64,000 nucleotides of DNA, from contig VJWM01000303.1 in assembly GCA_010909165.1 (NCBI GenBank), forward strand, positions 43,082 to 107,081, given 5' to 3'. This stretch comes from Anthoceros angustus. Its lineage: Eukaryota; Plantae; Anthocerotophyta. Shown here piece by piece: positions 40,212 through 49,759 of this stretch. The translations under genes and the position numbers were made by a program. The notes under the pieces are model-generated. The model was not told the origin of the DNA. It did not search any database and saw only the letters and a list, made by a program, of their open reading frames with translations. Position 1 is the first letter of the stretch, and each line of letters opens with the position of its first letter.

Positions 40212-43200
40212 ATGGCACCTCAGACCAAGAAGCGGAGTAAAGGTCGAGCTGGCGCGGGCCGAGAAGAAACGGGCGAAGGCGGCGATTCGCAGATGCCCTG
40301 AACATTGTCACGAGTCCGTCCAAGGCCTCCAAGACCCATAGCATGACAACTTTGACCATGACACACTACCTCGTCAGCGAACATCATTCCAAAGTCCATA
40401 CAAGCGGAAATCGACATGATCGTAAAGATGTTCTGGAACACTCTCCTTTGATATGTCGGAGAATTGGTCTCATGCAAAGAACGCCCCTGGACATATCTGT
40501 ATCTCAGACATCTTGGATGCACGCTCAAGTATAAAGTCTTCTGCCTCTTGGTGCCGCTTTTGTTCACGCAGCTTTGTGGAGAAGGATGACCAAGGGTACG
40601 TAATTTTCCTCTGCACTCAAGACCAGACCTTCTCAAGCTCGACCCCACCGTCCGAGTATACTCACCGCGATCCGGACTTTGACCCCGTATTTGCCAGGAA
40701 AGTGTGAGAGAGGAATCACAGGGGTTGCGTAACAATGATGGACACAAAGTGTTCCACAAAGTGTTGCACCAAATTTGCTTAGAAGGAATCAGTAACCGTT
40801 GGTTCGAGCAAGTCCGGCCGGGATTGAACCCAAGAGTCGCGAGAGTAGGAGTGTCCGGGGCCAGCCACACCGGGCGCTGTCCCGTCAATGCATCTCGGAA
40901 GCAACCAACAATGCAAATTAGAAGCAACCCAACAAAGGTCAAGCATTGGGAAGCAACCCGACATCGCGGTCAAGAGGCATCCCAACAATGCTTCTTCAAT
41001 ACCCACATCGATGGGGATCCAGCACCGCCTCGGTTTCCGCCGCCGGTGGTGTCCATGATACTACCGCCGGCACCGGACGTCCGCTGTTTCACTGTGGGGC
41101 TGCAGACTTGGTGAGCCACTTCCATTTTACTCGAAGGTAGTCCGACGGTGTGAGGAGGACGTGACAACCCGAGGACACCGAGGGCTTTATGGATGGCATT
41201 CTACCTTGTGGGAGGACGAAGATGCGCAGCTGGTGAAGGTCGGAAGAGGAGGAGGAGAACTCAAGAAGAGGTCGATGAGCAGGATGACCTCGGATATTAT
41301 CCTCGCACGGATGGTTCACGCCGGGCCTGGGCCGCCTGATCGGGAGTGCAGTGCAGGCCTTCACGGGGAAATTTGAAGAAAGGGGAAAGAGGAGAGGCCC
41401 CGCAGATGGCAAACATATCCGAAAGGGACACAAGGTAGCAGAAAGCCAAGAAACCTGTGGCAAGACGGAGAAGCCCGGAATTGTGGAGGAGGAGGAGGAA
41501 GAGGTTCCACCGCCAAGGTTTGTGGAGAGAGCTAAGAGCGTCGCCATCGACGATGATAGGCTCGCCATAAAAGCGATGCAAGTCGGACGCCGAAAGGGAC
41601 GGTATTGCTATCAAGAGAGTCCGGGAGTCTACCTTGAAGTTGCCAATCACTGCACTTCAAGATCCGTGTGAGGCGCCTAAGGTGAGGAAGTCGGATCTCG
41701 CGTGGTAGAGGCTTTGATGCGAAGATGAAACACGCCCATGGGTAGTGTGCCGCCAATGGTTGTGGTTGTCGACCTCGCAGTTGTCCTCACAAAGAGAACT
41801 TTGACGTTGAGAAGGTGGACAGAGGCTTTACAATTTCTTCGTTTTGGGAGGGAACCATTCCTTCCGTGCAAGGTCCCGCTCGATCGACTCCAATGAAGGA
41901 AGAGTTCAAGTGGATGGATGCATATGTGCTAGCCGGACTCAATCGAGGACGAGATGAGGATCGTAGCCACGCACCACAACACCATCGCAGATGCGGAAGA
42001 CATTCACCTTCATGGACAGGTACGTTACATCAAGTGAGTTGATGTGAAAGCGAAGGGCTTGAAGTGCGATGTGACCGAAGCGGATGTATATGCCCGCCAG
42101 GCAGGATCCCCAAGTGGGATGCGCAGCATGGCCCCAAGGTTCGTGATCACCGACGTGGACAACCGGACACTTGATTATGCGTGGCGAAGGTTGATGAAGA
42201 AGTGTGGAGGTATGTGGAGAGATATTTGAGAAGTGGGAATGTAAGCAGCTGTTCGAACAAATAGATGCGGCCCGAGCCCTAGCCGCCAAACAAACAAAGG
42301 CTGTGAGGTCAAGGCCAAACCGCAGTCGAGACCTTGTAGTCATAGAGGTTAAAGATGCGGATGCTGAGAGGTGGAAGTGCTTTCAAGGGATTGAACATTC
42401 GGCAGCAACAACAATTTGAAGACATGCATGAAGGTCTTGTCTGGGAAATGAGTTTACGGCAAATGCGTGATTGGGTGGAGAAAGCCAAAAATCGAACCTC
42501 ATTCACGCCACACTTGAAGAACCCGAATGCAGACGCTTGAGCGTTAGGAGCGGTATCCTCAATACAAGACTGGACTGTGATCAAGAACTTCCAACCGCTT
42601 TCAAAAATATGGTAAGTGTGAACCCGAGCAAGTATGGAATGTCCACACCGGACGGTGCTTGTCATATGTTTGATTTCATATAAGAATGTGGTGGGCATCC
42701 GATTTGTTTTTCTCGACTCAACGCTATGCCCATGTACACTCCCATATGCCCATGAACACTCATGGTTTGCGGGTTTTTTTGCCTGTGCAAAGCCAATGCT
42801 TGCCTAACGTGGAGTGCACTCCGAGAGTTTCAAGGAACATGTGTTGAAGGCCAAAGCATGGAAGATTATGGCGATGAGCATGCGATTGCCGGAGACCTCC
42901 CCGATAAGTTGAAGACGATCGTAGAGATGCTTCCGGAGATCATGTGATAGGAATAATATGTGGTAACATCGTGAGAATGGCTCGCCAGGGAACCCCGTCC
43001 GCTTGCCCTGCTCCTATTGGACTTGCCACGAGGGTTGCATCTGGATGCCAACTCCAAGGAGTATCACCGATGAGTTTGAAAATATCATATTGCAATTCCA
43101 GGGCATCACGACATCCAGGTATTTCGGCCGTGGTATTTCATTCCCGATGACATGTCCATGGTAGGGAGGTTTTGCTTGCGCTTGTAAAGGAGTTACCGTG

Positions 43201-44240
43201 CTTCCGCACAAAACTAATGTGAAAGCGCTTGCAATGCGTCGATGATGCGGGATTATATCACCACGGGCCGGATCGTTGAAGGTGATTGTGTGCCACAACA
43301 TTCACCACCGCTATCGTTATGAATGATGGCACAGGTTGACAACCCGCTTTGAGGAGAAGGTCAGGAACATAAGTCGTTATAACATACGCCAGATGATAGG
43401 GTAGTTTCCATACCGGCCTATCGTTGTTGAGGAAGTTGATGGAGCCGCATACGTGGAAGGCGAGTGGGTCTGGATGGGTGCGCTGGATCGTATGGTAGCC
43501 GCCTCCGCGCGCGGACGCAACGTGATATCGTGAGACGAGATCCCAGCAGCTCAATTCATGGACCTCCGTCTCAATACTTTAGAGAATCGCCAAGCGAGGA
43601 GGAAGAGTTGGGAGAGGTTGAAGGCCTACCAAAGATCACCGAACCGATGATGAACAATGTGGCAAGGGCGGGCGCTTTTGTGGATCTCAAGCGCCACGCA
43701 ATCGGAAAGCGCCCTACACCTGTAGAGGTGTGATGATCCTTCCATGTGTGGGCGGTGGCAGCTTGACAAAGGTAATAGGGAGCCTGGGCACACAATGGCG
43801 AAGTTTGGGCATGTGAACATAGTGCTACTCTGGGCGATGGACAAGGTCACCTTCCTTGGACACGACCACTAAGGACTATGATCCATTGGTTCACCCCCTA
43901 CCATGGATAGATGACACCGGAAGACCGGGGCATTAAACTAATGGTTGTGAATCTCGCTGATCGCCGGGTGGGGCATTGGTAATGCCCGCAACTGTTTCGG
44001 CCCGACTCAAAGATCGCTGGTGAGACGACGATGTAGAGGTGTCCGCTTACGGTGAGCACAAACACCGGACAACCGGTGTTGAGGTGGAACAGCTATCTTT
44101 GTCCGGTGTCCGGTGATGACCGTCAACCCGAGTGCATGTTCTCGTGTGTTTGCCACCGATTGCAAGTACATACGGCGCTTTGTTCTTTGTCGCCATTGAA
44201 TGTTGAGGCGTGATGCTACCATAGCGGCCCATGATCACCC
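40212..44240 (+). CDS. Cargo gene: ParB/Srx-like domain + beta-class DNA amino-methyltransferase-like domain + possible SET-like domain
   Basis: ATG directly after a TTTTGCAG acceptor; VLGGNHSFRAR at 41841; LALLLLDLPRG at ~43002-43034; LLRKLMEPH..EGEWV.DGCAGS...AASARGRNVIS at ~43423-43530; manual reading across indels. Confidence 0.65.
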
Positions 44241-47200
44241 TTGCAATAAGAACCCGCCGCCGCTTATATAACCCGAAAATAGCCCGAAACCGCCATCGCC
44301 AAACTCCTACATTCCGCATTGTCATCATGGCGCATAAACTACCAAGAAGACCGGACTGATGGCTATACGCATCAAGCATTGAGCATGTCCATGACATAAC
44401 CACGGGCCCTGATCGAGCATATGTACCGCAGCCGCCACGATGCGTAACATTGTAGCCGATTAGGTTAGCCAATGGGCATGGATTATGCTAGCGTGAGGTT
44501 CAAATGACGCTCAACACATCCAAACGTTGGTGCCGAGGGGACTTTCGAGAGCACGCTGGAGAATGCAAGCCGACGGCCCGTGCATGTCATGTTTCGCAAC
44601 ATAGAAATGATCGCCACTATCCGTGGAACCCAACACTTGACTTCTGAGTCGGTTCACCGATGAAGCCGTTCACGGATATCCAATCATAGAATTACAAGAT
44701 GCGGCATCCACCTTTTGTTGTTTACTGCTCATGCATGCAACCCTTCAAACCCGTTATGTCGACATTTTGAAATTCATGATGTCCATATGACTACATGGCT
44801 TGTTACATATGGTTTCCATCTCGACGTAACCATTTTGTGGTGGGTAATTAGAGGATTGTGTTACCTTTAAAACCATAACAAAAACCCTCAAAACACATGG
44901 TTTCATTCTTTCACTTGGACTTTCACACTTAAGGTTTGGCCAAAGTTTTGAAAACGTGACAAAGCACGGTTTTCCATCACAAACCCCAAATTTCACACCC
45001 CTTCAAAAGTAGAGACGAGGAGTCGCCTCACTTTAGGAGACCTTGTTACATTGTCATGAGGCCCAGCCAGACGTATCTAGGCTACATAAGGTTTCATAGG
45101 CAAAACCTTTGGTTGTATGGTACCGTCAAGGCTGTCTTTGATTTCTACGCAGCGCGCTGCATTACATTTAAGCCTGCTGGTGCAGGGGTAGGGGCCCAAC
45201 TGAGGTTGCTTTTGTGTCACAAGGGAGGCAAGCACCTTAAGTGGGAAGGGGAGTCCGCGATTATCCAAATTCGGCTGGGTACACCGGTAGTACGGGGTGA
45301 GCTCTTCATGTGGTGACTGAAGCTACCTGGTGACCCCGCAATTGAGGTGGCAGCAATAAACTGAGCGTTGGTGTACACCGCCACAAGTAGAGCATGTGTC
45401 AGAAGAGCTCAAGATGAGGCACATAGAGAGGAGTAGCCTTTGAAGGGTAAGGCCTATGATCGTGATTTCCCGAGGAGGGATCCGGACAAGATGGTAGCAC
45501 CGAAGGGACATAATGTAGATCCCGATGTCAGAGAAGACTAGAGTTAGACCCAGCAAGGTAGTCAAGGTTTCTAGGTATCTAGGATGTAGAGAAAGAAGAG
45601 TTTCAGAGTGCTTAGGGAGTATGTCGATGTGTTTGCCTTCAAGATTACCGACATGACAGAATACCGAAGAATGGGATACATCGAATCGACTTGAAGGAGG
45701 CAAGACTGAGGATCAAGCAATATCGAATCCCAAGTATTCCATGGTTGTTAAGGATCACCGACCAATATTTGGAGGAGTAATTATCCGGCTCACTAGCGAG
45801 TGGGTCGCCCCATCGTGATTGTACCAAAGAAGCAGCAGGGAAAGGTTCTGCATGCTGTAAGATTTCGTGAAGCTCAATGAAGAACGAAGAAGGATCATCA
45901 CCTTTACCTTTCATGGACTGGGCCGGACATGTGAGTTTATGAGATGTATAGCTTGACGGTATTCGGTACAATCAAATTTCACCGCGAAGGAAGATCAGAC
46001 AAGACAACATTCACAACGGATTGGGGAACTTACGCTTATTCAAGCTCCTTCGGCTGTAATGCCGCCCAAATGGTGAACGCGATATTCCGAGATTTAAGTT
46101 CATGGAGGTATTCCGGATGATTTTTTGTTTGGGAGGAGAACGTGATCTTATTTGAGACAATGTTTCAAATGCAGAGTCGAACATGAAACTTCATCCGGGG
46201 AAGTGTTATTTTGGTATGACGAGGGCATTTTGTTAGCACATCGAGTCGTGACGAGGATGTGTGTAGATAAGGAGAAGGGCTTATAGAGATGGACGCACAA
46301 ACGGTGAGACAAAGTGCTTTTGTAGGACTGTAGGATATTACAGAGGTTCATCAAGGATTTCGCCAAGAAGGCCTTTGTTGACACAATTGACCAAGAAGGA
46401 TACACCTTCGAATGGACGAATGCAAGATGAGGCTTTTCAGCTGAAGGATGGTGAGCGACCAACGCTACAACCGCCAGATTGGGAGAAACTTCATGTATAC
46501 GTGGATGTGTCCGCTTATGCCATTGGGACCGCTCTAAGCCGAAGGACGAGAAGAAACGGATCATCCGATTTTCTAGAGACAACTCACGGATGCCGAAAGA
46601 ACTACTCAACCACGAGCGGAGGGTCTTGGTATCATTTACTCTCGTAAGAAGTTTAGACACTATCCGCTGCTTGCAAGGTGACGCTTCATGACCATTTGCT
46701 GAAGTACCTTGTCAACAAGCCGATTTGTCGAAGGATTGCCGTGATGGGTACCATCTGCAAGAATTTGACTACGACGAGAAACTAGGGGGAAGCAAGATCA
46801 AAATGCCGATTTATTTCGTCGAAAACCGGAGAGCGACTTGAGGCACGCATGACCGATTTCGACGAGGAGTTGGTTGCCACGGCCTGGGTCAAGGGGAGGA
46901 CGTGAGCATGTTGTAGACGGCCTAAGAATTGATCAGCAAGTCTTGTTGCCAGCAGAGGCCAAATGAGCAAGAAGGGAGCGCAGTGTGAAAAGCCGCAGCA
47001 GACAACTGGAACCGAGAGATAGGATGGCGCCAGCATGGGCGCAAGGAGGAGGCTGGAATGCTCCTCAGGGTGAGCGATCGGGGAGGCTGCAAGTGGAGGC
47101 CACGAAGGAGAGAAAAACGAGAGCACCGCTTGAGCGCCCCACTTGGGCTGGCCGTGCGCCATGGGCCGCGAGGAGGAGAAGGCCCTAGGGAGGTGGTGCG

Positions 47201-48731
47201 CCAGAGGAAGGAAGGAGATGCTTCATCCCATGACAAGCTTGAAGAAAATTGCAGGAGAAGGAAATGGGTGATTCATGGGAAATCACTCGAGGCACCATGG
47301 AGGTGCAAGGCAAGGAGGTCGCCATGGGAGCACGAGCTGGACCTAGACACGAGGCTAGACCAGCAGGAATGGAAAATCAGTCCGTTGCTAGAGGAGGAGC
47401 ATGCAAACGGTCAAGGAAGCAAGATGGAAGAGGAGAAATGATTTGTGGATGGATCAACGCCATCCGGGCTACTAACGGACGCTAGCAGGAGCGAGTGGGC
47501 ACCGGAAGGAGGAGATTAGAACGTGAGGGGCGCATGCCCAAGATATATCCGAATTGAGTGAAGTGCAAATTCCTAGGAGCATGGAATCATGCCCGATGGT
47601 TTGTCCAGGAAGGGCGGGCTGTTTTTCTCCATAAAGCCGCACCTATTGCCTAAGGAAGCATCCCATACAAGCTTGGGCCGGACGAGAAGATCTGTGTCTC
47701 GAGGTTGAAGGAGGCCGCACTCCACGAGGCACTATGCAGAGGCCGGTGGACACTATTCACAGGACCAAGAAGATTTTGAATGCAGTCGTGGGCTACAAGG
47801 ATGTGTGGGAGTTCACTTGAGGTGTGATGCGTTTAGGTTGCTCACATTGTCGACACAATGGCCACCCATATACTACCGCTAGCACCATTCGAGAAGTGGG
47901 GAATCGATTTCAGAGGCCAATCAAACCACCAACGCAATGGACAAGGAAGCATACATTTTGGTGGCTACGGATGGTGGAAGTCAAGCAAAAAGGGACGACG
48001 ACGACGCGCGGCAAAAGTTTTTATTCGAGAACATCATAACGAGGTACGGTGTCCTTTAGAGTTGGTCAGCGACCGAGGGACACATTTCCTCAACTCTGTC
48101 GTTGAGTCCCTAACCACCTACTTCAACATTCGCATCGAAGACGACCCCTACAACCCCAAGGCGAATGGATTGGTGAGAAGACAATGGGTTGCTATGCACA
48201 ATCCTCACCAAGGTAATGTGACACATGTATGATTGGGATGCTGTTGCATTCAAGACGGGCTTACAGATCATGGAGAAGGTAACCACCAAGAAGACCCCTT
48301 TATTATCTGGGCATGTCACCGTGATGCCCGTGGAATTTGAAGTACCCACCCAAGGTGTGATCATGGAGGATGAACGATGATCAGAGAGGATAGCAGACTA
48401 GAATCTCATAGAGCAGAGGAACGAGGGAAGATGCTTAGAGGAAACCCAGCTAATTCGGAACTCGTGAAAAGACCGACATGATGGAAAGGTAAGGAAGCTG
48501 TGAGGCTATCGTGGACGGGATTTGGTTCTTCTATATGATAGTCGGTACTGGACTTTCCTGTGGAAGCTTAGGCTGATGGATGGGACCTTACGAGGTGGTA
48601 GCAGTATACGAGAATGGATCTCAGCAACCTAGTATTAGGTGGCGAATTGTTGCCAACCAGAGTGAATGGGTGGAAGGTTAAGAAGTACCTTCAGCCCGAG
48701 GTACCTGTTGTTTGCGAGGACGCAAACAGGT

Positions 48732-48742
48732 GAGGAGGGGAG
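48732..48742 (+). promoter_or_regulatory. Polypurine tract
   Basis: GAGGAGGGGAG at the integrase end, followed by TA|TGTGGAA; same arrangement at 52889-52902. Confidence 0.75.
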
Positions 48743-48744
48743 TA

Positions 48745-49750
48745 TGTGGAATCTGGAAAAGTTTGGGCAAATCATCCAAAAGTTGCCCAAACCGCACTTT
48801 GCCTTCCTTGATGATTGCCACCGGAGGCTTTCACAACCCTATTCGTTTATCATTCTAAATTACCTAATCCTATCTAAACCGCCATTTCCTATCCCGCCCG
48901 CCTCGCTTAATTAATCGCTTGCTAATTACTTCTATATATTTATTCCCACGATGAGCATATATAGTGATATCCCACCCGTAGGGACGAACGAATTTGATTT
49001 TTTTTTTTGCTAAAAAACGATTGAAGAGGGGCGTGTTGAGAATTTTCCAGGAAGCTTGGAGTCGAGTTGTAGGATACCGTTAGGGAGTGCGTAGAGGATA
49101 GTTCCCAGAGATAAGAACGGTCAAATGACCCCGGTACAGACAAAGAAGATAGCCGTATGGCGGTAGGCTAGCAGACACAGAAGCTGCTTCTCACGGTAGG
49201 GTCGAGAAAAGAGAGCAGATCAGGTAAGTCAAGACATTACCACCGCTGGTTCCTTCTTTTTCTCGCCAAATTTGACGTACTGTTGGCGACTGTGGAGTTT
49301 GCAGCGGCCCTCCTCTCCAACGCCCGCCATGTTGCTCGGCCCATTGCTGGGCTGTCTCAATGCCTCTCCTTCCCCAGAGACCGTAAATGACGATCTTTGG
49401 TGCCGAGGATTTCGGACCACTGGAGGAGCAGCGACCTCCCCTGTGGTCCGTCCCCTCAGTAAGATCGAGCCGAGCAAAGGATAATGATCGAGGCGTTTCG
49501 GGGCCCAAATCTCCGTACCTGTGCGCGTGAACTCGCCATCGACGACTGCTGCCGCCGCTGGCCCACCGGAAGCCGGATGTGGATTCGGGCCAGTCTGTAA
49601 GGTCCAGCCGCTGGGTGGAAATTCCGCGACCTGCCGCAGTAGTGTGGGTCACACGGGAGAGCATCGGGTTATCGCCAAAGACAGGTGGCTGAATGGGAGG
49701 TGTGCCTACGGGGCTTTTGTGGACGCCCTCAACCATGAGAGTGGGGAAGT
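48745..49750 (+). repeat. Family-B LTR 5' portion (variant, truncated) with start of an accessory ORF
   Basis: TGTGGAA..AAAAGTTTGGGCAA start shared with 52902 and similar to 63053; GWKFRDLPQ at ~49613 resembles GWKFDMP at ~54226. Confidence 0.55.
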
Positions 49751-49759
49751 GGAGGTGGT

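Larger units (their letters stand above)
33925..45047. mobile_element. ~11.1-kb TIR DNA transposon (DUF7869/Sola1-like DDD transposase) with cargo genes
   Basis: Ends AACAAGGTCTCtTAA... / ...TTAgGAGACCTTGTT (imperfect ~45-bp TIR); ACA (or TACA) duplicated at flanks; removing the element restores the gypsy protease frame. Confidence 0.88.
24870..48730 (+). mobile_element. Ty3/gypsy gag-pol host element interrupted by Copia-2 (in gag) and the DNA transposon (in protease)
   Basis: Knuckle CYNCVAPGHYSNDC...QVGY rejoins VP..CKELGHK after 32770; protease ...FHLTY|IVMRP rejoined across 33925-45047; RT (KTTFTTDWGTY, FMEVF.DDF ~46100), RNase H (VYVDVSAYAIG), integrase (PFEKWGIDF, LVSDRGTHF, W.GPY). 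Confidence 0.88.

Noticed and set aside
40212-44240. Bacterial or phage contamination as the source of the ParB-MTase gene
   Set aside because: It lies within TIRs beside an intron-containing eukaryotic transposase, has splice-like signals, and is nested in a plant-type gypsy element with a target duplication.
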